Positions 46,601-55,023 of a stretch of DNA of 64,000 nucleotides are shown here, one piece after another. Origin of the DNA: an uncultured Gammaproteobacteria bacterium (GTDB taxonomy: Bacteria; Pseudomonadota; Gammaproteobacteria; Steroidobacterales; MnTg04); contig CAZMOM010000015.1 of NCBI GenBank assembly GCA_964568075.1, positions 7,385 to 71,384 on the forward strand, given 5' to 3'. Made by a program: the position numbers and the translations under genes. Below the pieces are notes generated by a model. It did not search any database, had not been told where the DNA came from, and saw only the letters and a list, made by a program, of their open reading frames with translations. Positions within the stretch are counted from its first letter, which is position 1, and the number at the start of each line of letters is the position of its first letter.

Positions 46601-46625
46601 TCCCGAACGTTGCGCGCGTATGCAT
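43620..46625 (-). CDS. TonB-dependent receptor (~1000 aa class)
   Basis: ATG at 46625 gives the signal peptide MHTRATFGIAGILIFTLSSGGAFAQE. Plug region (..IEEVIVTGSQIRGASISEALPVSVIDAADI.., ..RVEVLRDGASAIYGADAVAGVVNYVLK..). Ends ..KFDFGG. Confidence 0.92.
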   Translation of the reverse strand: MHTRATFGIAGILIFTLSSGGAFAQEDSGSAQQPAASEQQTPAREIEEVIVTGSQIRGASISEALPVSVIDAADIEALGIDSGDELLEYMAEQGQNFFSESENISGGINSARGDIGAYNLRNLGTGNTLVLLNGRRLVNSASYQTEAVGGSFVPVNTVNSQSLPVAGLQRVEVLRDGASAIYGADAVAGVVNYVLKTDFEGFSLRSRFTEFDNIPGGRQTYTLEWGKNFNGGRTNVSTFLNHYRRDRVNSQDDPRWANSDLRGLIPTGSPWTGSSAFNNTSSNSEYGQYDILGSITGFGLDGVFTDGSGEFETYPVGDARCQWDLGFGTCGGIDGQGTFRYNQNENRDLYSELDRTHLFVFVNHEFENGIESFTEFSAYLSNTNTIRHASTKLGAVAKHRVAADNFYNPFGPCGSPNRLSAALIPDVPCTGLALELDFYRWAQVPRIVDNDGKTYRFLQGFRGYWGDWDWETAVTWSRAEKEDITHNRISNTLLQEGLNDPTAAAINPFSGRDNSNIERALVDVRRDNETELKMFDFKISQSDIFGLPAGPVGFLAGFEYRKESFVDARDPRLDGTIVFTDNSGNTYPFISDVVNSSPTPDSQGSRNVTSLFSELQIPVLDNVDVQLALRYEDFSDVGNTTVGKFAVGYRPVDQVLLRASWSEAFRAPNLVTINEAGVARSNTRNDWVCFFADPNEVTIDCRYSMQRTAQGSDLLVPEESTNTSIGIVFEPVDGLTFTLDFWSIEKDDTIGLFGEENHTIFDLVQRQQAGTADCANFQGNPAVVRDPIVDPAEAAVYLAAGICPAGTILRIDDQYANLDKRTVRGHDIGLYYNIDSEIGIFDVRLLAAFLDKYEQVAGGDAALLLEAANSGLLPLNIPVTGFADLIRQNGNPELKQTLRVGWRNGDWGAAITGVRLSDFIQTSLTLADGTEYVLPSMTTFNGSVDYSFGAGGGIDARVRLGISNLTDERAPLTDDSFGYFADAHRDLGRYYYFDMKFDFGG

Positions 46626-47013
46626 GTGTGCTCCCTTCGGATGTGCCGCAAGATGATGACGCACCTGTTTTTTTTGTTGGGTATGATCGATGGCTGGGGT
46701 CAGAATGGCCCTGCCAAAAAAGCAGACCCGTTAACCAAAAACTATCAGTCAACACGATGACTGGCAAGCTGTATTGTCTCTACAGATCAATAATCCGTGG
46801 CTATGGTATGTCTTCTGCAGGTTTGTTGCCTGCCGGTCGCTCCCGGGCGAAATCGGCCAATGACCGGTCACCAGCGGGCAGCAAGCCGATTCGTGGACTC
46901 TATCTCAATTCCCGGCATGCCATGCCTGGCTGGCCCATGACTTGCGGCGGCGCCAATGATGCAGTGCTCGCAATAAACCGTTACGGTCGGCACCAGTAAT
47001 TCGGAGAACTCCT

Positions 47014-48195
47014 ATGGCATTATTCCGGCGACTTGCGCTCGTTATCGTCTTGGTCACAGCGCCCGGCGCCTGCGCCACCATCCAGATGCGGGCAAATGCC
47101 GGCAGCATCTGCACAACCGAAACCTTCACGGTGGACGATCAGTTCATTGGCGCTCGGCGGGGCGCATGCGCCGCTTATTCGAATAGGACCGTCCTGCTCG
47201 CTATCGCTCCGGAGGATCCTGCTCCTATCAATGACAGTGCCTGGTTTGCATTTCGGCTGACCCCGCAATCGCCGGGTAACGCAACGATCAAACTGAGCTA
47301 CACCGATGGCCACCATCGCTATATCCCCAAAACGAGCACCGACGGCATTCACTGGACACCGTTGCCCGAACGGGCAATCCGGCGTGGTTGGTGGAATCGT
47401 TCTGCAAAATTTACCGTCCCGCTCGAAGGCCAGCCCGTCTGGGTCGCCGCTCACGAACTCATAACGCCTGCTGGCGATCAGAGCTGGCTATATAACCTTG
47501 CCGCCAGCAGCGAAGCGGAAATGCGCTTGCTCGGGCCTTCGGCAGGCGGCCGGCCCATCTCAATGCTGGATTCCGGTGCGCACAACGATGACCTGATCTT
47601 GCTGGTGGGGCGGCAGCATCCGCCCGAAGTCTCCGGCACGTTCGCGATGAAAGCTTTCATCGCCACGCTATATGCAGATTCGGCGCTCGCTAAAGCCTTC
47701 CGCCACCGTTTCGCGATAATGGCTATACCCATGCTGAACCCTGACGGTGTTGCCGCAGGCCATTGGCGCAACAATCTTGGCGGCAAAGACCTGAACCGCG
47801 ACTGGGGTCCGTTCACGCAGCCCGAGACTCAACTGGTGCAATCGCTGATCGACGATTTCGTTGCGGCTGGTCGACGCATCCGTTTGTTTCTCGATTTCCA
47901 TTCGACGCGAAGCAATCTGTTCTATACGCAAGCGGACGAAGAACAGACGGATCCACATAATTTTGCGAATCGCTGGCTCGAAGCAGCGCGTGCGCGCCTC
48001 ACGGATTATCCGTTCTCCCAGGAAAGGCGGCACAATGAGGGTCGGCCGACCGCAAAAAGCTACATGTACGACCGCTTTGGCATACCGTCGATTACCTACG
48101 AGGTCGGCGATGAGATCGACCGACTTGTTGCGGCCGATGCTGCGGTGGTTTTCGCCGAAGAAATGATGCGCACGTTGATGGAAAATAATGGCTAA
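47014..48195 (+). CDS. M14-family zinc carboxypeptidase (cytosolic-carboxypeptidase-like subfamily) with signal peptide
   Basis: GGAG Shine-Dalgarno sequence; N-terminal beta-sandwich-like domain; Zn ligand motif HPPE (..GRQHPPEVSG..); ..NPDG.., ..NRDW.., ..LDFHS... Confidence 0.8.
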   Translation: MALFRRLALVIVLVTAPGACATIQMRANAGSICTTETFTVDDQFIGARRGACAAYSNRTVLLAIAPEDPAPINDSAWFAFRLTPQSPGNATIKLSYTDGHHRYIPKTSTDGIHWTPLPERAIRRGWWNRSAKFTVPLEGQPVWVAAHELITPAGDQSWLYNLAASSEAEMRLLGPSAGGRPISMLDSGAHNDDLILLVGRQHPPEVSGTFAMKAFIATLYADSALAKAFRHRFAIMAIPMLNPDGVAAGHWRNNLGGKDLNRDWGPFTQPETQLVQSLIDDFVAAGRRIRLFLDFHSTRSNLFYTQADEEQTDPHNFANRWLEAARARLTDYPFSQERRHNEGRPTAKSYMYDRFGIPSITYEVGDEIDRLVAADAAVVFAEEMMRTLMENNG

Positions 48196-48408
48196 CCCGC
48201 ATATTTTACCAGGGATCGCGAATTCTGGATGAAGCTAGTACTCCGTCAAAATGATATTGATGGAGTACTCAGGCGGCCTAGGGCAGGCCTTGGAGTCTGC
48301 GCCGTAGAAAGTATTCCTACTCGGCAACTGCGGCAAATATCAGAACGACCGTATCCAGAAAACCGTAAACTTGTAAGGACGTAAAAAGAGAAAAGTGGTG
48401 GCCAGCGG

Positions 48409-50664
48409 CTACGCCATGAACGGCTCCGCACGTTTGATAAGCTCCTCCAGGCCAGGCTCGTTCTGGTTTCGCGGTTTGCCGGGATGAATGATGGCGACCT
48501 GACAGAGTTCGGCTGCCTCGACGAGGTCTTTGAAAGTACCGGCATCGAGGTCCTTGATGTACGCCTGTTTGTTTTCATCGTAGGCAAACATTCGGTCGTT
48601 TTTGTTGGTGCACTCATCACAGGTGGTGCAGCGGGGCGTATCGATGTAAGGGTCGTCTGAAACCGCAGGCAAAGCAGCCTCTGCAGGGGTATCCGGTTCC
48701 CTCGCGTCCTCCGTGACCGCTGGCACGGTCACGGCCTCGACGGGCTGCGAATGATCCGCCTGCGCAGGCTCTGCCCTGATCGCCTGGATCTGTTTCTCTT
48801 TTTCTTTTTCCCAGGCGATCCGTTCCTTCAAGAGCAATGCAGACGCGTACGAATTATTGACGCCGCCCTGCTCCTGAAGCACACGCCAGCGATCGCCGCA
48901 GCGGCGCGCAATGCGAATCAAATTGTCGTCAACGACCAGCCGCCGCAAAATATTGCTGCCATTGACGACCGACACATAAGGAACCTTGCCGAAAGTCTCG
49001 TCGTCCGCCAGATCCAGGTAATCTGCGACCGGTAGCATATCGTCGTTCCAACTTTCTCTCGGGGCCGATGCAAAGTATTCGCTATACCGCGAATCGGTGA
49101 CCGCAAAGTCGACCAAGGTAAAGGCCTGCTCCTCGGTGACCGTTTGCAGGTCTTCATCCTCGAAGCGAAGTTCCCTGTGCGGCCAGGTTGCCTCGATCTC
49201 GGGATTGCTGCTTATGCTAAAGCGATCCGCCAGGCCGGGGCCGGCCGCCGGATCGTAACTGAATGCCGGAAACACCCGCGACTCCATTGCCGCGGCGGCT
49301 ATCAAGTAAGCCGGAAGGCCCGTCGTGGGTTGGGTGCGGCCTGAAAAAATGCTGAAGATCGCCGGCCCGCTGAATTCCAGCCCTTTCCTTATCTCTTCTT
49401 TTTTCTGGTACAGATTGGAACTTGCAGACTGCAGCACATAAGCGTTGCCCGGCGCAACGAATGTGCTGGCCAATTGCCGCACGAACCCGTCGTGATGCAG
49501 TTTCCTGTCGACAGACGCCGGCTCGCCAAGCACATCGCTCACTTGCAACAAAACCTTCATCGGCAGGTCTGACGATGCGATCTCCATCAACCGCGCCGTA
49601 TCCCGCAAATCACACTCACGCTCATCCAGACAGATCAGATACGACGGAAACAGCGCCAGGTCGGCCGGTGCCAGAGCCTGCACGCCGAAGCGATCGAAAT
49701 AGGCTGCGTGCTTCCGTTCACGATAGGCGTTCTCGCATTCGAGTTCTGCGACAGCGACGGCCTTGATGACTTTCGCTATTTCGGGCAGGCGATCGTTATA
49801 GGCTTTCAGCGCGCCAGACGCGCTGTTGAAGTCGAATCGATACTGCGTGCCATCTTGCCTGCGTTTCTCGCGACCGCCCGGCGCAAAAAATTTCTGTGAC
49901 TCCAGAACCGAAAGTGCGGACCCGACTCGGCGCCGCCGGTCAGCCGGCAACCTGTTTTGTGGAGTTGCGTCATTCAAAAGTTCGGACATCAGCTCGAAAT
50001 CAAACGCCTCCTGGTAACGCCTGCCCAGCGTTTGCTTGATTCTTTTCGGTGTTCGCGCCCGCCCGGATTTCAGGTCGTCGACCTTGAGAATGTTGCGCAG
50101 TCTGATGATCAGCGTGTTAATTTGTTCGAACGATTTTCGTGTGCGCCGTGCTTCAACGTTCGCCCAGGCGTGCTGCAGCAACAACGAGGGCAAGCGGTCG
50201 TCACAGTCGACAACCCGTCCGTCTAACCTGAGCGCGAAGCGCGCAGTGGCCAGACTGTCTTTGAGTAACTCGGCCTCGGACTTCTCACATTCGGCCAACA
50301 GAGACTTCTCCGCATGATCCCAGAGCCTGGCCAGGGATGATTCGAAGCCATCGGCAACCAACCCGCGCATTCTGGTCTCGAGCCGAAGCACATGGTGGCG
50401 AAGTTGTGCACCTGCGTTGCCCTCAGGCGCAATCTCCCGCAGCAGTCGACCCATCACACCCGAAAGCGTATCCAGGAACGCGTGGCTATCGCCGTCATCG
50501 AGCAGTATCAATGGATAGTCGTAGCGCAGTTTTGACAGCTGTTGATATGGCGCCAGCAGTGCCGGGCAAATATCGCGCGGCATGGTATCCCCGACTTCGC
50601 TGTCACGGCGCTTACCGGTCAGGTGGAAGTGAATCATTTCCTGCATTTCCACGCTCACGGCCAT
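48409..50664 (-). CDS. 751-aa protein: uncharacterised N-terminal region + degenerate PFOR TPP-domain-like region + C-terminal single-cluster ferredoxin
   Basis: The ATG abuts the korB stop (TAGATG). aa ~338-600 align by eye to the C-terminal part of the PFOR encoded at 59041-62613 in this window, but lack GDG...N. The C-terminus is CTTCDEC...C (C-x2-C-x2-C...C). Confidence 0.8.
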   Translation of the reverse strand: MAVSVEMQEMIHFHLTGKRRDSEVGDTMPRDICPALLAPYQQLSKLRYDYPLILLDDGDSHAFLDTLSGVMGRLLREIAPEGNAGAQLRHHVLRLETRMRGLVADGFESSLARLWDHAEKSLLAECEKSEAELLKDSLATARFALRLDGRVVDCDDRLPSLLLQHAWANVEARRTRKSFEQINTLIIRLRNILKVDDLKSGRARTPKRIKQTLGRRYQEAFDFELMSELLNDATPQNRLPADRRRRVGSALSVLESQKFFAPGGREKRRQDGTQYRFDFNSASGALKAYNDRLPEIAKVIKAVAVAELECENAYRERKHAAYFDRFGVQALAPADLALFPSYLICLDERECDLRDTARLMEIASSDLPMKVLLQVSDVLGEPASVDRKLHHDGFVRQLASTFVAPGNAYVLQSASSNLYQKKEEIRKGLEFSGPAIFSIFSGRTQPTTGLPAYLIAAAAMESRVFPAFSYDPAAGPGLADRFSISSNPEIEATWPHRELRFEDEDLQTVTEEQAFTLVDFAVTDSRYSEYFASAPRESWNDDMLPVADYLDLADDETFGKVPYVSVVNGSNILRRLVVDDNLIRIARRCGDRWRVLQEQGGVNNSYASALLLKERIAWEKEKEKQIQAIRAEPAQADHSQPVEAVTVPAVTEDAREPDTPAEAALPAVSDDPYIDTPRCTTCDECTNKNDRMFAYDENKQAYIKDLDAGTFKDLVEAAELCQVAIIHPGKPRNQNEPGLEELIKRAEPFMA

Positions 50665-51633
50665 CTACTCCACCGGCCAGATCGTAAATTTGTCCAGCTC
50701 TTCGTTCAGCCCTTTCCTGATGAGCGCCGGCGTATACAGCCGATCCGGCTTGCGAAGATCCTCATAGCAGGGCACATCCGGATTGCGGTAAATGATGCCA
50801 ACCGGCAGGTGCTCGCTGGTGCCGACAATTCGTCTGGCCTCGACAAGATCGGCAGGGTCGTGCTGATCCTGATGCCGGTAGACGCGCGACAGCGCGGGCG
50901 ATAGCTCGATGCCGTTTTCGTGGGTCAGTATCAGCAGGCGATCCGGATTTTGTATGCACGGCTCCCAGCGATCCTCCAGGAACTCGGGACATCGCTGCAG
51001 GATACGTATAAAGGAGAATCCGTGATGCTTGTGCGCCGCGGAGATAATTTTGTAAAGCAGCTCCGGAATCCAATCGACAACCTGGGCGACGAAAGACAAA
51101 TTCGACATACCGAGTGTCGCCTGCAAGGGATCAAACGCCTCGAGATCCGAGCCACGCGGTGTCGTGTTGCTGCGCGTTCCTTTCGGTGACGTCGGTGATA
51201 CCTGATTCTTGGTCAGACCATAGATGTTGTTGTCGTGCATCATGACGGTCATGTTCATGTTGTAACGCGTCGCATGTACCCAATGCGCGGTGCCGATACT
51301 GCAGCAATCACCGTCGCCCATATTGACAAATACGTGCAGGTCCGGCCGGCGCATTCTAATGCCTTCCGCAACAGGGAGCGCGCGACCATGCAGCCCGTGG
51401 AAGCCGTAGGTGCCCATGTAGTGAGGAAAGCGGCTGGAACAGCCGATACCCGAAACAAATACGGTTTTCTCCAGCGGCAGTTGCTCATCGCGGCAAACCC
51501 GCTGCACGGCGGCAAGGATGGCGAGATCGCCGCAACCGGTACACCAGCGCGGCACACGCCCTGCGTAGTCCTCGAGGCTGTGTTCTTCCTGGCCTGCGTG
51601 TCGTAAGAATTCCGTAGCCCGAACTACCATCAC
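50665..51633 (-). CDS. korB: 2-oxoacid:ferredoxin oxidoreductase beta subunit (TPP-binding)
   Basis: ..WCTGCGDLAIL.., ..GIGCSSRF.., and the TPP motif ..NMGDGDCCSIG...N. 4-bp overlap with korA. Confidence 0.92.
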   Translation of the reverse strand: MMVVRATEFLRHAGQEEHSLEDYAGRVPRWCTGCGDLAILAAVQRVCRDEQLPLEKTVFVSGIGCSSRFPHYMGTYGFHGLHGRALPVAEGIRMRRPDLHVFVNMGDGDCCSIGTAHWVHATRYNMNMTVMMHDNNIYGLTKNQVSPTSPKGTRSNTTPRGSDLEAFDPLQATLGMSNLSFVAQVVDWIPELLYKIISAAHKHHGFSFIRILQRCPEFLEDRWEPCIQNPDRLLILTHENGIELSPALSRVYRHQDQHDPADLVEARRIVGTSEHLPVGIIYRNPDVPCYEDLRKPDRLYTPALIRKGLNEELDKFTIWPVE

Positions 51634-53510
51634 TGCAACCTCTCACGAATTACGCGTTCTACCGTGCCGGGTTTTATCGGTTGTTCACCCACTTCGCCCC
51701 AGCAGTCGATATCGACCAGACAACGTGCCCGCAACAACCAGGCGAGATTCGAGTAGCGGCGATTTTCCTCATCGATCAATTCGTCATCCAGAGAATCCGC
51801 CCAGTTATTCTCGACCGCCAGGACCTTGTCGAATCGCTGTAGTATCTCTTTGATGCCGGACGCCAGCGGCTGCAGGATTCTGAGGTGCAACGACGACACC
51901 TTGTGGCCATCGGCGCGTACCCTTTGTACGGCCTCTTCGATCGCGCCCCGTGTGCTGCCCCAGCCGACGACGAGCAGTTCACCCTTGTCATCACCAAACA
52001 CCGGCGGCGTTTTGATAGTTTTTTGCAGCGCCGCGAGCTTCAGACTACGGTGCCTGATGCCTTCCTTGTTGATTTGCAGGTCGTAGGCTACGCAGCTCCG
52101 GCGATCATGTGCGAGGCCCGTCACTGTGTGCATACCGTTTGGCTGCCCTGGGATGACACGCTGCCGCTGGCCGCTGCGCTGATCCCAGTCGTACGGAAGA
52201 TCTCCATTGACCACGGGGCTTTGATCGACAGGCGGCGCCAGCCAGTCGTCGCTGGCCTCCGGTCGCGGAAACGGTTGTTGCGCTGTTGCGAGACTGGCAT
52301 CGGACAGCAGCACAACGACTGTGTTGAAGGTCTCTGCTATTTTTCGGGCGGTGATGACTGAATAAAAACAGTCCTCGATATCGCTTGCGGCCATAACCAC
52401 TTTCGGGGCATCTCCGTGACTGCCGAAACAGGCGGTCAGCAGGTCGCCCTGTTCGGCTTTCGTCGGTTGCCCGGTGGACGGGCCACCACGCTGGACATCG
52501 ATCACCACCAGCGGTATCTCCGCCATTACGGCAAGACCGATACATTCCTGCTTTAACGAGTAACCCGGCCCCGACGTGATCGTCAACGCACATTTGCCCG
52601 CATAGGATGCGCCAATCGCGAACGCACATGCAGCGATCTCATCCTCAGCCTGGTGCACGACGCCGCCGACCTTTTCGAAAACGTCGCACAGATAATGTGA
52701 TGCCGAGGTGGCCGGCGTGATGGGGTACATCGCACAGACTTCCATACCCGAGGCCATGACACCGAGAGCCATAGAAGTGTTTCCGTTGACAACGATGTTC
52801 GGTTCCTTGGGCGGCGTCGCCTGTATCTTGAACTTGATGTCCAGGTTGTGCTCGGCCCATGCGAAACCCGCGTTGAGCAGTTTTTGGTTGGCGGAGATGA
52901 CAAGATCGCCTTTCTTGCCGAATATGAATCGGATCTGCTCGCGGGCCGCATCCATGTCCAGACTGTAAACACTGCTCAGCAGGCCGAGTACAAACATGTT
53001 CTTGCCGCGGCGAGCATCGCTGACGACCTTGAGGCACTCGACTTCCATGGGAATCTCGTAAACCTTGAATCCGCGCTCGATCAGTTCGTCGTACACGCTG
53101 ACGTACGACGCCGCAATCGACGGGCCATCGTCGCTGCGCCACTTGTCTTCGAGGAGAATAATGCTGCCGGGTTTGAGTTCGTCGGCCCGCAATCGACCGA
53201 GAAGCACCTGATCATTGAATGCCACCGTGAGATCGACTTCGTCGCCGCCATTGGTTACCCGGTGGTTTGCTACGCGAATTCGATTTCCGCTGGCCCCGTC
53301 GATGCTGCGTGCCGGCGGCTGAATTTCAGCCGGGATGATTTCCACGGTCCAGATTCCGTAGCCCAGCCGTGCCGCGATAGCGCCAAAGGACTGACCGCAT
53401 TTCTGCGCCCCTTCACCTGAGTCGCTGAGTATCTCGACGATGTGTTCGTCAATCTCCATCGCCGGCTTCCTGCCCGGCGTTGTCATCCCTTTCTGTCTCG
53501 TTACCGGCAT
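51630..53510 (-). CDS. korA: 2-oxoacid:ferredoxin oxidoreductase alpha subunit
   Basis: 626 aa, typical KorA (..GEGAQKCGQSF.., ..AMYPITPATS.., ..AEDEIAA..). An alternative start at 53459 (ATG with AGGAAG upstream) is possible. Confidence 0.92.
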   Translation of the reverse strand: MPVTRQKGMTTPGRKPAMEIDEHIVEILSDSGEGAQKCGQSFGAIAARLGYGIWTVEIIPAEIQPPARSIDGASGNRIRVANHRVTNGGDEVDLTVAFNDQVLLGRLRADELKPGSIILLEDKWRSDDGPSIAASYVSVYDELIERGFKVYEIPMEVECLKVVSDARRGKNMFVLGLLSSVYSLDMDAAREQIRFIFGKKGDLVISANQKLLNAGFAWAEHNLDIKFKIQATPPKEPNIVVNGNTSMALGVMASGMEVCAMYPITPATSASHYLCDVFEKVGGVVHQAEDEIAACAFAIGASYAGKCALTITSGPGYSLKQECIGLAVMAEIPLVVIDVQRGGPSTGQPTKAEQGDLLTACFGSHGDAPKVVMAASDIEDCFYSVITARKIAETFNTVVVLLSDASLATAQQPFPRPEASDDWLAPPVDQSPVVNGDLPYDWDQRSGQRQRVIPGQPNGMHTVTGLAHDRRSCVAYDLQINKEGIRHRSLKLAALQKTIKTPPVFGDDKGELLVVGWGSTRGAIEEAVQRVRADGHKVSSLHLRILQPLASGIKEILQRFDKVLAVENNWADSLDDELIDEENRRYSNLAWLLRARCLVDIDCWGEVGEQPIKPGTVERVIRERLQ

Positions 53511-53520
53511 TGTTCAGTTC

Positions 53521-55023
53521 CTATGCCACACGAATACGAACACGCGATCGTTCCGTCGAGTCGATTCCGAATATCCTGGCTTCGCTGCCGTTTTGCGCTC
53601 GCTTATAGACCGCTTCGGTGTCGCGTATACCGAGATAGGCCTTCATGCTGTGCGCCGCCTGCCGCCCTGTCCCCATTGCCAGAATTACTGTTGCGGCGCC
53701 AGTCACGATATCGCCGCCGGCGTATACGCCTGCCATCGAGGTGGCGAGATTGTCATCGACCTCTATGTAGCCCCATTTGTTTAGTGCGATCTTTGACGTC
53801 TGGCCGATAATCGGATTGGCATTGGTGCCGATCGCATAGACCACCGTGTCGACTTCGAACTCGAAGTCACTTCCTTTTATCGGTACCGGACGGCGCCGGC
53901 CCGAATCGTCGGGTTCACCGAGTTCCATGCGCTGGCAGCGCATCGCGCGCACATTACGCTCGCCATCGCCGAGTATTTCAACCGGCGCGGTAAGCCACTC
54001 AAACTGTATGCCTTCCTCTTCGGCATGATCGATTTCTTCGTCCCTCGCAGGGCTCTCGTTTCGTGTGCGGCGATAGACGCAGTACACCTGCTCAGCCCCG
54101 GCCCGCAACGACACACGTAAGGCATCCATGGCGGTATTGCCGGCGCCGATCACCGCAACGCGTTTGCCGAGGCCCAGCGGAGTGTCGTAGGCGGGAAATT
54201 CTGTGGCGCCCATCAGGTTACAGCGGGTCAGCAGTTCGTTCGCCGAAAGCACACCATTCAGCGATTCGCCGCCGATTCCCATGAAACTCGGGTAACCCGC
54301 CCCGGTGCCGATGAAAACGGCGTCGAAGCCGAGTTCGTCCAGCATTTGTTCAATGGTGAACAACCTGCCGACCAGTGTATTGCACTCGATCCTGACGCCA
54401 AGCCTCACCAGATTCTCGATCTCACCATCGAGCACGTCGTTCGGCAAGCGAAATTCGGGGATGCCGTAGCGCAATACGCCGCCGGCCTGATGCAACGCTT
54501 CGTAGATCGTGACGTCGCAGCCGGCTTTGGCCATGTCCGCTGCGCAGGCCATCCCCGCGGGCCCCGAACCGACGATGCCAATTTTGAGCCCATTGGGTTC
54601 TATATAAGGCGTGTTATGCCACCCCTCGGCGATAGCCATGTCGCCAACCCAGCGTTCGAGCCGGCCGATGGCCACCGGCTCCAGCCTGTCGCCGACCGGA
54701 CATACTCCTTCGCACTGATCTTCCTGCGGACAGACTCTTCCGCAGATCGCCGGCAGCAAAGTAGACTCGGTCAGGATGTCATAGGCGCCGCGGTAGTCTT
54801 TTTCGCAAATCTTGACGATAAATCCGGGAATATCGATATTGACCGGGCACGCCGGGACACACAGTGGATTCGGACAAACGAGGCAACGCTCGCATTCGAT
54901 CAGTGCATCCTCGAGGCCGTAGCCGAGCGTCACCTCATCGAAATTTCTGGCCCGCACCGCCGGCTCCTGGGCCGGCATGCGGGCGCGGTCCTGCGGAATA
55001 TTCCGTATGGTTTTTTTTGCCAT
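53521..55023 (-). CDS. NfnB/GltD-like NAD(P)H-dependent FAD/Fe-S oxidoreductase (glutamate synthase small-subunit family)
   Basis: N-terminal Cys clusters (..CERCLVCPNPLCVPACPV.., ..CGRVCPQEDQCEGVCP..), the dinucleotide motifs GIVGSGPAGMA and VIGAGNTAMD, and ..GVYAGGD... Confidence 0.9.
   Translation of the reverse strand: MAKKTIRNIPQDRARMPAQEPAVRARNFDEVTLGYGLEDALIECERCLVCPNPLCVPACPVNIDIPGFIVKICEKDYRGAYDILTESTLLPAICGRVCPQEDQCEGVCPVGDRLEPVAIGRLERWVGDMAIAEGWHNTPYIEPNGLKIGIVGSGPAGMACAADMAKAGCDVTIYEALHQAGGVLRYGIPEFRLPNDVLDGEIENLVRLGVRIECNTLVGRLFTIEQMLDELGFDAVFIGTGAGYPSFMGIGGESLNGVLSANELLTRCNLMGATEFPAYDTPLGLGKRVAVIGAGNTAMDALRVSLRAGAEQVYCVYRRTRNESPARDEEIDHAEEEGIQFEWLTAPVEILGDGERNVRAMRCQRMELGEPDDSGRRRPVPIKGSDFEFEVDTVVYAIGTNANPIIGQTSKIALNKWGYIEVDDNLATSMAGVYAGGDIVTGAATVILAMGTGRQAAHSMKAYLGIRDTEAVYKRAQNGSEARIFGIDSTERSRVRIRVA

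Noticed and set aside
46626-47013. Possible cobalamin or TPP riboswitch upstream of the TonB-dependent receptors (also 31707-32281)
   Set aside because: I could not find the B12-box (GCCACTG-like) or the TPP core (CTGAGA...ACCTGATCTGGATAATGCCAGCG-like) on the relevant strands. A covariance-model scan would be needed to be sure.
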